A stretch of DNA of 46,346 bases from an uncultured bacterium (GCA_903864905.1 CAIPHR010000054.1:1-46346); one strand, 5' to 3'; positions 1 through 9,560 are shown, numbered from the stretch's first letter. Notes: generated by a model from the letters alone, not told the origin. A program made the numbers and translations.

Positions 1-268
1 ATACAGCTATCCAATTAGTAAATATATGATCTATATTTAGTCACGTTCTTATTTTATTTAATAAAAAATATATATAAAAACACTGCTTTTATAGGAAAGT
101 CAGGGTTATCATAGTTAATGAAAGTATCGGATTCTAATAATTCCAGATAGGAAAATATAGGAGTATCATACTGATAATGACTAGAATACTCACAAAGATC
201 ATTCCGACACTAAACACCTTTTTTGTTTTTTCATGAAATAACATGATAAATCTAGTATACTGTGTAGT

Positions 269-652
269 ATGAAAAACGGCAAACAGGGCACAATGAGAAA
301 ATTGCTTTCATCACCAATATCACTGATCATTGTTCTGTTTGCATTCGTAGTGCTTTGGAAAGCGAGTTCAAATATTTATGAGAAAGTTTTGATCAGCAGG
401 ACGAAACTCAATCAAGCTCAAGCCGAATTTTCTAAGCTAGAATTTCGCGAGAAAGATCTCGGTAGTCAAGTTAGTCGTCTTTCTACTGAACAGGGTATAG
501 ACGCTGAGATTCGATCCAAATACAAGGGTGTGAGACCTGGTGAGTTTGTAGCTGTTATCATCGGAGATAGTCAGGTAGCTTCTACAAGCAATGCTTCGTC
601 AACCGCTTCCGTAGGTTGGTTTGGGGCAGTGTTACAAAGATTTGGTTTTTGA
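269..652 (+). CDS. Septum formation initiator (FtsB/DivIC-like) protein
   Basis: N-terminal TM helix, coiled coil, then GIDAEIRSKYKGVRPGEFVAVI resembling the DivIC E..AR..LG...PGE motif. Confidence 0.65.
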   Translation: MKNGKQGTMRKLLSSPISLIIVLFAFVVLWKASSNIYEKVLISRTKLNQAQAEFSKLEFREKDLGSQVSRLSTEQGIDAEIRSKYKGVRPGEFVAVIIGDSQVASTSNASSTASVGWFGAVLQRFGF

Positions 653-666
653 TGTAAAATAAAAAT

Positions 667-700
667 GTCCTACTTCGCTCCTTGCGGAGCTACGAAGGAC
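667..700. repeat. REP-like hairpin upstream of tRNA-Gly
   Basis: gtcctacttcgc-tccttgcgga-gctacgaaggac; same flanking arms as hairpins at 19708, 21678 and 37859. Confidence 0.55.
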
Positions 701-703
701 CAA

Positions 704-774
704 GCGGGTATGGTTTAGTGGTAGAATGCGACCTTCCCAAGGTTGAGACGCGAGTTCGATTCTCGCTACCCGCA
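704..774 (+). tRNA. tRNA-Gly(CCC)
   Basis: Cloverleaf: GCGGGTA/TACCCGC acceptor stem, CGACC-TTCCCAA-GGTTG anticodon arm, GCGAG-TTCGATT-CTCGC T arm; CCA not encoded. Confidence 0.95.
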
Positions 775-947
775 CTATGATTCACGAAGACGCCTGAACG
801 GCGTCTGAGTGAAGCATCATAGAGACGAGGTGGCGAGAATCGAACGCCGGAACGTGCGAGCTCTAGCAAGAGCGAGCCGTGAGGCGGTGCCCAAGCCGAA
901 CGAGCGGGTAGCGAGTGAGAGCTGCGGGCGATTCTCGCTACCCGCAC
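757..947 (+). repeat. 19-bp direct repeat of the tRNA-Gly 3' end (757-775, 929-947) flanking a palindrome-rich mini-module
   Basis: cgattctcgctacccgcac occurs twice; inverted tRNA fragments at 833-845 and 904-915. Confidence 0.85.
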
Positions 948-2395
948 AGAGTTGTAAAATCAGCGTTTTTAGGTGTTTTTATCATCAGGTCGAAGGGACT
1001 TTTAAGGCTAGCTGTATAGATATTTTTCTCTTTGATCGAAAGGTTCCAACAGAGATTTTCTAGTACTTTACGTTTCTTGAAGTCATCACCGTCCAGAAAC
1101 TCATTTTTGGCTCTGCTTGCTTCTAGAAATACTTTTTTGGTCGGTTCCAACACGTTGACTGGTTGCTTGGATTTTGTTTCTTGGATCTGCTTTTCGATTG
1201 ATATTCTCTCGTTATGCAAAGCAAGAATTTTGGCATCGTATAAGTCCTTGGTAATTTGTTGAGCGAGGAAAGTATCGAGTAGCAGAGATTCTTTCGTCTT
1301 GAGCGAGTTTAGCTGGGTTTGGAGAGTGTTTAATATTTGCTCACTGTAAATATTATTGGAATGAGACTCCGACTTGGCAGCTTTGTACATCAATTCGATT
1401 TTTCTTTCTGAAAAAGCAATGCCATTCAGAATATCTGACACCTTGTCATACAGATAGATTTCTCTCATATAGCTTTTATGTTCATTGCAGCCTTCTCTAT
1501 TGCCGGTGCAGTAATAGTAATGATGGCCTTTCTTCAAAGAAGCCGTTAGAGCACAGCCGCAATTCTCGCACTTCATGAATCCACGGAGAGGGAAGAATAG
1601 TCGTTGTGGTCGTGGGTGTGATCGCCCGTTCATAACGTCTTGGGCTTTCTCGAATGTTTCCTTTGAGATGAGAGGTTGATGGATGCCTTGATAATATTTA
1701 CCTTCTCGCTCCATGATTCCTGTGTAAAAAATAGATGAGAGAATTCTTTGAATATAGCTTTTGTTTGCTATCTTGCCAGTTCTAGTTCTAAATCCTTCAT
1801 TGTAGAGAGTGTCCGATATTTCCTTGAAGCCATGAGAGCCGGTAAGATATAGCTCGAAAGCTCTTGGTATGTATTTTGCACGGGCAGGATCAATGATGAG
1901 AGTTCTGGTAGCCTTGTCGTTCAAGAATCCGAGAGGAGCACGATTTGGCCAACCTCCACGAGATAATTTTTCACGATTTCCTCTTTTGACATCGACGCTG
2001 AGATTCCTGCTGTATTGATTGGCCATGCCGAACTTTATAGCCATCAGCATGACATCATCACCTTGTTTGTGTACGCCTTCTGAAGTCTGTATTTCTTTAA
2101 TGACACCATTTTGAAGCATATCTATGATGAGTCCTCCGTCAATGAAGTTTCTGGCGAGACGGTCTAACTTCCAACAGACTATGCGATCAGCTTTACCTGA
2201 TTGAATAGTCTTCATCATCTCGTTGAATAATGGACGACCTGCTGATTTGGCGGACATGCTTTCCTTGAATGTTTTGGTGATGAGTAGGTTATGTTTTTCA
2301 GCAAGCGAAAGGGCTTCTCTTTCTTGTGAATCCAATGACAGAAGTTGTCTGTCTTCTGCTTCAGTAGATTTTCTGTAGTATGCGATGTATTTCAT
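938..2395 (-). CDS. Large serine recombinase (integrase 1), C-terminus truncated by the att junction
   Basis: Resolvase motifs YYRKS, ESMSAKSAGRPLF, KLDRLARN; recombinase domain; Zn-ribbon CENCG...YYYC...C; coiled coil; TAG stop lies in the tRNA-derived repeat. Confidence 0.93.
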   Translation of the reverse strand: MKYIAYYRKSTEAEDRQLLSLDSQEREALSLAEKHNLLITKTFKESMSAKSAGRPLFNEMMKTIQSGKADRIVCWKLDRLARNFIDGGLIIDMLQNGVIKEIQTSEGVHKQGDDVMLMAIKFGMANQYSRNLSVDVKRGNREKLSRGGWPNRAPLGFLNDKATRTLIIDPARAKYIPRAFELYLTGSHGFKEISDTLYNEGFRTRTGKIANKSYIQRILSSIFYTGIMEREGKYYQGIHQPLISKETFEKAQDVMNGRSHPRPQRLFFPLRGFMKCENCGCALTASLKKGHHYYYCTGNREGCNEHKSYMREIYLYDKVSDILNGIAFSERKIELMYKAAKSESHSNNIYSEQILNTLQTQLNSLKTKESLLLDTFLAQQITKDLYDAKILALHNERISIEKQIQETKSKQPVNVLEPTKKVFLEASRAKNEFLDGDDFKKRKVLENLCWNLSIKEKNIYTASLKSPFDLMIKTPKNADFTTLCG

Positions 2396-2406
2396 GATTG
2401 GTAATT

Positions 2407-3450
2407 TTATACCTGCTTCAGTGAATAATCAATCAAATCGAATCGAGAAGTTGGCGAAGGGATGATTAACTGCTCGATAATGTTCTGACTTGTCGGTGAT
2501 TTTTCAATGGAAATACCTATTCCAACTTGTTTCAAATCTTTTTTGTATCTATAAATCGTGCTCCTGTTCAAGCCTCCTCGCAGAAACATATTTTTCATCT
2601 CCTCATTGAAGTAATAATCCTTGTAGAATTGGTAAAGTCTGGTTGCTTTGGTCTTGGTGAAATTTTCGAATAGGATCTGCTTGATGTTTTCATCGGTCAT
2701 CGAGTTAGCGTTCACGTAAAAGAAGACTTTTTTCTCAAGAAAGTATTTAAGGACTTCAAATATCGTGTCGTCGTCGGTGACATCTTTCAGATATACCTTT
2801 TCGAGCTTGAAGAAATCTTGCAGATAGGTCTTCTTTAGATTGACTTCGAATCTGACTATTCGATCTGCCCACGCTTGCAAACTGTCCGCTCGATCAGGTT
2901 CAAGCTTTTTATAATCATGCGCCGTGAATTCAGCACCTTTGGCGTAAAACTTCACGGTATATGCACTTCCTTTGTACATGACTGAAGTATCGTAGGTGTA
3001 TTTCTTCTTTCTCGGATAATCAATTCTTCGTAGGAAGTCCATGGCGTACGTAGATTCATTTTGATTCTTGAAAAGCCAGTTGTAGCAAACATCAAGGCGA
3101 TATATTGGCCACAGGGAATAGTGAAGAAGTTTGTAATTCATATGGGTGCATAGTTCATCGTAAAGTCGCGCTATGATGTTTGGAAGCTCATGTGGGTAGA
3201 TCATTTCAACGTTGTTTCCTTTAGCGTATTTTGGGACGGAAAATTCAATGAAGAATCCTTGGGGAACATTTGTTGATTTTATAGCAACCGTCCTGTGATA
3301 CGAACCAAGCTCTATGTTGCTACTGAAGAATTCAAATTCCACCTTTCCGGTCTTTAGATCATCCTTACGAAACCGCATAAGGTTACCTTTTAACAGCTCA
3401 ATAAGGGTGCTGTCCTCCATCGGTATTAGAAATTTAATAGTGTCTATCAT
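2407..3450 (-). CDS. Phage/plasmid replication initiation protein, gene II/X (Rep_trans-like) family
   Basis: MIDTI start, RLDVCYN, VKFYAKGAE and RFEVNLK motifs, C-terminal HTH-like RSTIYRYKKDLKQVGI. Confidence 0.75.
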   Translation of the reverse strand: MIDTIKFLIPMEDSTLIELLKGNLMRFRKDDLKTGKVEFEFFSSNIELGSYHRTVAIKSTNVPQGFFIEFSVPKYAKGNNVEMIYPHELPNIIARLYDELCTHMNYKLLHYSLWPIYRLDVCYNWLFKNQNESTYAMDFLRRIDYPRKKKYTYDTSVMYKGSAYTVKFYAKGAEFTAHDYKKLEPDRADSLQAWADRIVRFEVNLKKTYLQDFFKLEKVYLKDVTDDDTIFEVLKYFLEKKVFFYVNANSMTDENIKQILFENFTKTKATRLYQFYKDYYFNEEMKNMFLRGGLNRSTIYRYKKDLKQVGIGISIEKSPTSQNIIEQLIIPSPTSRFDLIDYSLKQV

Positions 3451-3468
3451 GGTGCATATTGCAACGTA

Positions 3469-3567
3469 CCCTAGGTGTTACTAACACCTAGGGTTAAGTC
3501 ACCATGATTAGTGTCGACCGGAAGCGTCCCGCCCGCCGCTCTAGCGGTCGGGACGGGACGCCCTTCC
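3469..3567. other. Candidate double-strand origin hairpins of element 1
   Basis: Perfect 12-bp-arm palindrome ccctaggtgtta-c-taacacctaggg (3469-3493) and GC-rich hairpin 3520-3567 directly upstream of rep. Confidence 0.5.
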
Positions 3568-3707
3568 GCAAACGCCAAAAACAAACCAGCCATTGAGTGT
3601 AAATACTCATTAGCTTGTTCTCTGGACAATTCCAAACCATCTTCCTCTTTGAAGCATTGGATTGTCCGTTCTATTAAATTCTTGCTGAAGTTTTTCGATT
3701 CTTCCAT
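3471..3707 (-). CDS. Small conserved protein upstream of rep (paralogue of 13731-13946)
   Basis: FSKNLIERTIQCFKEEDGLELSREQANEYLHSMAGLFLAFA aligns with FSQNLIQDCIKSFKEENGVDISAETAIEYLDSFARLYLTFA. Confidence 0.75.
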   Translation of the reverse strand: MEESKNFSKNLIERTIQCFKEEDGLELSREQANEYLHSMAGLFLAFAEGRPVPTARAAGGTLPVDTNHGDLTLGVSNT

Positions 3708-3969
3708 ACCTTTTTAGGTACAGAAAACAGCTTGAAACAAAACAACATAAATAACCTCATAAATAGTGAGGTATAGTTGCTTTATTATCTAGCTGGAATC
3801 GGAGATCGGCGTGCCTTACCCGTTCCACAGATCTAGAACACCACGTAAATGCTGGTGTGCGACTGTGCGAGTTTCAAGGTGCGCCTGTACTGGTTACTAT
3901 TATCCTACTTTAGAAAACGAAGTCAATATTTACGATGTGTAAAAGTTATTTCAAAATAACAAAATGTGG

Positions 3970-4284
3970 CGCCTCCGCATTCTCCACCCCTTTCGAATCA
4001 CAGGAAAGTCATGCGCGGACGCTTGAGCGAGAGTACTTGGTCAGAAAGAGTTACGGGCGTGTAACCTCCGCCCTTATGACGACTGTGGCGCGCCTTTAAC
4101 GCGCATACCAGTATGGCTTCGCGCCTTTCCCCCCAATCGCTTCGCGATAGCGGGGGCACTATCGCCATACAGATTATGCGCTAGGCGCGAACAAGACGCG
4201 CAGTGACGGGCGGAGGTACCACGCCCTTATCTGCCAAGCGTCCCGCGCATCACTTTCCCGAAAGGGGTGGAGAATGCGGAGGCG
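3970..4284. other. 315-bp foldback (candidate single-strand origin or structured RNA)
   Basis: Perfect 26-bp terminal inverted repeat (3970-3995 / 4259-4284) with nested imperfect stems. Confidence 0.75.
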
Positions 4285-4311
4285 AAAAGATTATGATATT
4301 ATAGTTTCAAT

Positions 4312-5103
4312 ATGAAAAATATATCAGAAAATAGGAATTCCTACGACGCCAGATTTGCCGACACTCTCGGTGGTGAAGAATACGACGATTTGTTAATTGC
4401 CCTTGAGTTTTATGATGAATTTCAAGCAGAGACAGGTAAGGCTCTGAAAGAATATATTCAGGCTCGTTGTTCAAACCAAAAAGAGATTCGAGTATTGGAA
4501 GCAGGTCCCGGAACTGGAATAACGACATTTCAAATATTGAAGGCTGACCCTAGAGTGTTAGTAGTCTCTGTCGACAATGAAAAAAAGATGCTTGATGCTG
4601 TCAGAAATCGTTTCGCTGAAGTATCAGAATTGAAGGGAAGGGCCGATTTCATATTATCAGACATTCTTAAATTTCTAGAGTCATGTCCTGATGAAAGATT
4701 CGACGCGTTTGCGTCGGTTTACACTTTGCATAACTTTACGACAGATTTTCGAAAGAAGGTCATTGGGTTGATTGCAAAAAAACTCAAGAAAGGAGGTATA
4801 TTCATCAATGGAGACAAATATGCCGAGGCTGAAGATCCACACAAGAAAGATCTGGCTGCAGAGATTATGAATTATGACAAGTTTGACATTGCTGCTCTTA
4901 AGGCAGAAAAGGAAGGAAATATGAAACGAGCTGAACACTTGCGCACAATAAAGAAAGAATGGATCGCACACACATGGGAAGATGAGAAGAATAAAATCAC
5001 GGCTGAGGAACAGAATGAGATATTCAACGAGCTCGGCTTTATAGATGTGAAATGGATGAGGAGATTCGACCTTGTGACGACGGTGAGTGCGATCAAGAAG
5101 TAA
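4312..5103 (+). CDS. Class I SAM-dependent methyltransferase
   Basis: VLEAGPGTG motif I; FASVYTLHN; GGIFINGD. Confidence 0.85.
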   Translation: MKNISENRNSYDARFADTLGGEEYDDLLIALEFYDEFQAETGKALKEYIQARCSNQKEIRVLEAGPGTGITTFQILKADPRVLVVSVDNEKKMLDAVRNRFAEVSELKGRADFILSDILKFLESCPDERFDAFASVYTLHNFTTDFRKKVIGLIAKKLKKGGIFINGDKYAEAEDPHKKDLAAEIMNYDKFDIAALKAEKEGNMKRAEHLRTIKKEWIAHTWEDEKNKITAEEQNEIFNELGFIDVKWMRRFDLVTTVSAIKK

Positions 5104-5172
5104 AAGTTCCGATGTTTTAATCAAAAAATCCCGTCGCTGTCGACGGGACCGGGACGATACTAGAGTAAACGA

Positions 5173-5889
5173 TCATTCCGTGATGATTCGGGCCGAGAAC
5201 AACGCTTCCATGCGCCTGCGGAAGGTAAACCGGCAAGTCACATGGTTTAGTACGTCAACGTTCCGAAGCAAGTCGATCTGATCCTTCTCGGTGAAGCGGA
5301 TCTTCTCGTCCAGAAGATAGTGGACTGTCCACTTCAGCCGGTAAGCGGGATCGTCGTTGAAGACGTCGAAATGCAGAAGCTGATCGGCCAGGTCGGCGAG
5401 ATGCTTGGCTTCATTATTGCGAGCGTATTTATCGGCGTTGATGAACCAACCGCCGCGAATTCTGACGACGTTGCAGATGCCTTTGAATAGCATGCGCCTC
5501 TGCTCGGGTGTCAGATTGTGGATCATGAATGCGGAGACGACAGCATCATAATTGTTTGATATCGCCTTGCAGACGTATTCAGTCGCATCCGTATGCATCC
5601 ATGTTATGTTCTTGGAACGGACGCGTTTGCGAGCCTCGATAATCATCCGGCGCGAGGAATCGATTGCCACAAGATGACAGTTGGGCACATGCTTCATGAT
5701 CTTCTCAGTTGTGAGCCCCGTGCCACACCCGAGTTCCAATACTTGCGGATCCTTTATTCCCCTGAGCTTGGCTGCAAGGGTGGTTGCCAGCAGTTCCTCG
5801 ATTTCGTTGTACCATGGCATCGCTTGTTCAAAGCGATCGTAGTTTTTTCCCGCAAGGGGACCTGTTTTGAAGTCAGTTTGTTTGTTCAT
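5173..5889 (-). CDS. Class I SAM-dependent methyltransferase (paralogue of the convergent neighbour)
   Basis: VLELGCGTG, AVVSAFMIHN, GGWFINADKYA; start placed at MNKQ (5889). Confidence 0.85.
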   Translation of the reverse strand: MNKQTDFKTGPLAGKNYDRFEQAMPWYNEIEELLATTLAAKLRGIKDPQVLELGCGTGLTTEKIMKHVPNCHLVAIDSSRRMIIEARKRVRSKNITWMHTDATEYVCKAISNNYDAVVSAFMIHNLTPEQRRMLFKGICNVVRIRGGWFINADKYARNNEAKHLADLADQLLHFDVFNDDPAYRLKWTVHYLLDEKIRFTEKDQIDLLRNVDVLNHVTCRFTFRRRMEALFSARIITE

Positions 5890-6048
5890 TATCAATGTTT
5901 CTCCTTCATAATGAATAATACATGGATTTATGGTTGTGTCAATAAGTGAGTTGACAAGGAAGGTCAAATCTGCTATACTATAAGGAGAATTCGGAATAGG
6001 TCCAAAATACATTAACAATCAACCATTTGGAACAATTGGAGTCAAATT

Positions 6049-6840
6049 ATGAAGAGAATTCTGTGTCTTTTGGCGTGTCTGTCTGTAATCACTCTGCGCG
6101 CCTCTGACGACGCCCACTCCGACATTGAGACCGCCAAAATGGCGCCCAGTAGCGGATTGTCAGGTTTCGTTTCGACGGGTGTCGAGTCGAAGTACATCGG
6201 CCGTATCGGGGCCATCTTCTCCGATAAGCCGATCTCGGTCAACATTGTCGAGATTGACTACAAGGACTTCTACCTTGGCACATGGAATGCTACCGGCCTT
6301 ACGCCGCGCACCTATGGCACAACCTACGCCGATGAATGGGATGCCTACGGCGGTTGGGCTCACGACTTCGGTCCTGTGAAGGTCGACTTGTCCGGGTCTT
6401 ACTTCGGTCTTGCTCAACTCGATCAGTCGAAGGATGATATGTGGATCGCTGAGCAAGAAGTCAGCTTTCCAAAGTTTCCATTCGTCCAGCCCTATGTGCG
6501 GTCCAGGTACTTCGGCTCAGTTGCCGATGCTTGGAAGCCAGGTTGGTTCGTCTTCGGCGGTGTACGCAAGAGCATTGAGTTGGGTCATGGTGCGGCAAAG
6601 CGCCCATACATGATCAATCTCGATCTCTCGACAGCGTACTCCTTCGGAGCCCTGCACGATTATCACGGCTTTGTCTACGGCCGGCTCGGTGCCAGCCTCG
6701 ACATTCCGCTTTCAAAACGCTTCACCTTCAACCCGAACATGGTTTACCAAGTTCCGGTTCCAGGCGAACGCAGTGATCCAAATGGTTTTACCGACCGCAA
6801 CGAGTTTGTGTTCGGTGCAACACTCAAATGGATCTTTTGA
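6049..6840 (+). CDS. Secreted, outer-membrane beta-barrel-like protein
   Basis: Signal peptide, alternating aromatic/Gly strands, C-terminal FGATLKWIF ending in Phe. Confidence 0.55.
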   Translation: MKRILCLLACLSVITLRASDDAHSDIETAKMAPSSGLSGFVSTGVESKYIGRIGAIFSDKPISVNIVEIDYKDFYLGTWNATGLTPRTYGTTYADEWDAYGGWAHDFGPVKVDLSGSYFGLAQLDQSKDDMWIAEQEVSFPKFPFVQPYVRSRYFGSVADAWKPGWFVFGGVRKSIELGHGAAKRPYMINLDLSTAYSFGALHDYHGFVYGRLGASLDIPLSKRFTFNPNMVYQVPVPGERSDPNGFTDRNEFVFGATLKWIF

Positions 6841-6858
6841 CAGGTGTCAATTTACGCG

Positions 6859-6885
6859 AGGCGCATGAGCAATCATGCGCCTTTC
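6859..6885 (+). terminator. Intrinsic terminator
   Basis: aggcgcatga-gcaa-tcatgcgcct followed by T residues. Confidence 0.6.
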
Positions 6886-6963
6886 TGCATATATTAGTAG
6901 ATATTCTGTGCCCTTGATTTATTTCAAAAAAAATTATAAAATAGTCCCAATAATGTTCATTGG

Positions 6964-7182
6964 AATTCCTATTCTATAGTGCCTGCCGTGCAATACAAGG
7001 TATCACCTAAAGGGTCGTCGGTAGTAATGATAACCTGTTCACGCAGTTGTCGATAATGTCCGAGCTGCTATCGTTGAACGTTTACCCCCAACAAAGTCGA
7101 AAGACTTGAGCGGATAACTTCTTTAAGTGCACCGGACGCCAAGTGTATTGCAGCCTGAATCATGACCTATAGAATGGGAATT
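6964..7182 (+). ncRNA. Candidate structured ncRNA (~220 nt)
   Basis: 16-bp closing stem with one G-U pair, inner tgcaatac/gtattgca stem, GAAA-capped hairpin, TTGATT...TAAAAT promoter-like sequence upstream, no long ORF. Confidence 0.45.
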
Positions 7183-7209
7183 TTAGTGAGTGTTATTTAT
7201 TGCTATAGC

Positions 7210-7237
7210 GGTTCCAACTTCGTACCACAACCCGCAC
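7210..7237 (+). repeat. att-like junction site G1
   Basis: ggttccaacttcgtaccacaacccgcac. Confidence 0.9.
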
Positions 7238-7338
7238 AACCCAAGGCTGATGCTGAGGCATGGCTTAATTGAGCCATGTTACACATTTGGTAGGAGTCAA
7301 ATGTCGATTCTCGGATTCATCAAATACGAGATATGTTC

Positions 7339-9504
7339 CTACAGATCCAGAGATGCTGTATCCAAGTCTCCTTTTTGGTCTTCAATAACGAAATCGTTTT
7401 TGCGATAGTAAGCCGATCGTTTTTTCCACATTTTTTCGAGCACCGGTACCTTTTCATCTCGATAGTCATAGATCTTTTTGCTCCCACCATCTCTCCTAAT
7501 GCGACCGACATATTGAGATAGCTTTCCATGAAATGATACGGGGAATGCCAAAAATAGTACCTCGAGATTTTCAATGTCCGTACCTTCGCCAAGTATCTGT
7601 CCAGTTGTAATCAAGATGGAAAACCTGCCACTCTTTATCTTTTGCAAAGCAAACTTCTTTTGCCTCGCTGATAAATCTCCAGAAAAAGCTATAGTCTCAA
7701 AATCCTTTCTCAAATATGCCTGTAGCATTAACACATGCTCTTTTCTTTCTGTAAGGATAAGGCATTTTTTACCAGATCGCGCTTCGTGAACAACATCGGA
7801 AACAATAAGAGCATTTCTGCGACTATCATTTGATATGACTTTTGATACCAGGGGAAAATGACGGGGAGTCGTTCCGAAAGGTATTTCTATGTCTGTTTGG
7901 TGAACAATGACAACATCAATCGTTGCATTACTGCCTTCGTTCCGTCGTTCTGTAATCTCTTCTTTCGTTACCGTATGAATAATGGGTCCTAGATATGCCG
8001 AGATTAGCTTTTGATCGTTATATTTTCTATCTGGCGTTGCAGTCAGTCCGAACAGATATTTGCCTTTGAACTTTGAGATGACGCTTCTGAACATCTTTGC
8101 CGGCATGTGATGACACTCGTCAATGATTACTGTTCCGAATTTTTCAGATATTCTGCCCCAATCGTTCATTCGTGCGAGTGTTTGGACCATAGCAACAGTT
8201 ATGGGGAGTGCTTCATTTTTCTTCGTCGAACATATTTGACCAATCTTAGTCCTGGGAATACCAAGTGTTGATTCTATGCGGTCTAGCCACTGATCATATA
8301 TTTGTCTTCGGTGAGTGAGAATGATTGCAGGCTGTTTCTTTTGGGCTATAAGTCCGAGTCCCATAATCGTCTTTCCTGCTCCTGCGGGCGCGATTAGGAC
8401 TCCTTGGGTTTCTTTTGCGAAAGACTCCAACGCTTTCTCTTGGTATGGAAATAGTGTTGTCTTCAGCACAAATTTTACTGGTTCAGCTACGATACACTTA
8501 TCAATGACTGAGTAATGAATGCCCTTTGTATCTAACCACTTGCTCAAATCAAGTATAAATCCACGCGGTACAGAGACAAATTCACCCTCCACTTCGATAG
8601 TATTGATAAACCTCGGAGATCCATATATAGGCAAGCCTGCTCTTTCCTTAACAATATACTCGATGTTCAATAGATTGAGCTCCTCGCGCAAGAATGATAC
8701 AAGGGATGGCAAAAGTTCACCCCTGTAAATCTGGATGGTATTAGAGATTATGATATTTATCACACCTTTACCTTTCTTCAGTCGTTTTCTGATTCTCTTG
8801 TCGGCTGGAACAGGCGGGGGTGAAGCCAACTTTTCATGCAACTCATCCAATTCTTTTGAAGTCATCAGTCGTATGTCTTTCAAGAATGACCATTGATCGT
8901 CAATGACATGAAAATCATTTTCCGGATCAACGAATACACTATTGCCTTCCTTTCTCGATGTACCCTGAAGTGGCAGAGCGATAAGATTGCCAAGACCTTT
9001 ACCTGATAGATAATCCTGGTTAGGGAACAGGCGGTCAAAGCTCTCGTTTTTCTCAAATTCACCAATAGCATTTGCTTCTCGTAGAAGCGCGATAAAGATT
9101 TTCCGACTTTTGTAAGCGGAATAAGGTTCAGAGAAAAATAGCCATGCATGTGCGCCATTACCAGAGCGAGATCTCTCAACCGCAATCGGTACGTCATATT
9201 TTTTGCAAACAGCACAAAACGCACGCACTGATTCTTTCCAGCCCTCGCCGTCGAAATCGGCCGCGATGAAATGTGAAGCGTTGTCTTGTGACAACGGATA
9301 TAGTCCCAAAACGACACTTCCTAATAAGTGCTTCTCTGCCCATTCGGCCGTAAATGGTTCGTATGCTTTCTTCCTATAATCTGTATACACGGGAGCATAT
9401 CCAGAGATCGAGCCGTCCCATTTCTGCCATCTACGCGCAATAACGTCGCTTCTTCCTTTGAATCGAGTTAGAAATATATTCACCCTTTCTTCCCGAGAAA
9501 TCAT
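7339..9504 (-). CDS. Primase-like N-terminal domain fused to SF2 (DEAD/DEAH, type III restriction-like) helicase
   Basis: DFD...ERSRSGNGAHAWLFF and GLGNLIALPLQG (AEP/TOTE-like); Walker A APAGAGKT, DECHH, GLTATP, QYVGRIRR. Confidence 0.85.
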   Translation of the reverse strand: MISREERVNIFLTRFKGRSDVIARRWQKWDGSISGYAPVYTDYRKKAYEPFTAEWAEKHLLGSVVLGLYPLSQDNASHFIAADFDGEGWKESVRAFCAVCKKYDVPIAVERSRSGNGAHAWLFFSEPYSAYKSRKIFIALLREANAIGEFEKNESFDRLFPNQDYLSGKGLGNLIALPLQGTSRKEGNSVFVDPENDFHVIDDQWSFLKDIRLMTSKELDELHEKLASPPPVPADKRIRKRLKKGKGVINIIISNTIQIYRGELLPSLVSFLREELNLLNIEYIVKERAGLPIYGSPRFINTIEVEGEFVSVPRGFILDLSKWLDTKGIHYSVIDKCIVAEPVKFVLKTTLFPYQEKALESFAKETQGVLIAPAGAGKTIMGLGLIAQKKQPAIILTHRRQIYDQWLDRIESTLGIPRTKIGQICSTKKNEALPITVAMVQTLARMNDWGRISEKFGTVIIDECHHMPAKMFRSVISKFKGKYLFGLTATPDRKYNDQKLISAYLGPIIHTVTKEEITERRNEGSNATIDVVIVHQTDIEIPFGTTPRHFPLVSKVISNDSRRNALIVSDVVHEARSGKKCLILTERKEHVLMLQAYLRKDFETIAFSGDLSARQKKFALQKIKSGRFSILITTGQILGEGTDIENLEVLFLAFPVSFHGKLSQYVGRIRRDGGSKKIYDYRDEKVPVLEKMWKKRSAYYRKNDFVIEDQKGDLDTASLDL

Positions 9505-9560
9505 AAGCGGATATTACCCCTTACTTCAATTCATTACAAGAACATGAATGTGTAATCAAA

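Larger units (their letters stand above)
940..7237 (-). mobile_element. Element 1: ~6.3-kb integrative rolling-circle element (int-rep-small ORF-foldback-cargo)
   Basis: Bounded by ACCCGCAC cores at 940-947 and 7230-7237; serine integrase plus gII/X-type Rep. Confidence 0.8.

Noticed and set aside
690-1262. ORFs 690-947, 809-1063, 1032-1262 and other short antisense ORFs in the track
   Set aside because: They overlap a tRNA, palindromes or well-supported genes and carry no motifs
3970-7182. Retron, DGR or group II intron explanation for the structured regions
   Set aside because: No reverse transcriptase in the window
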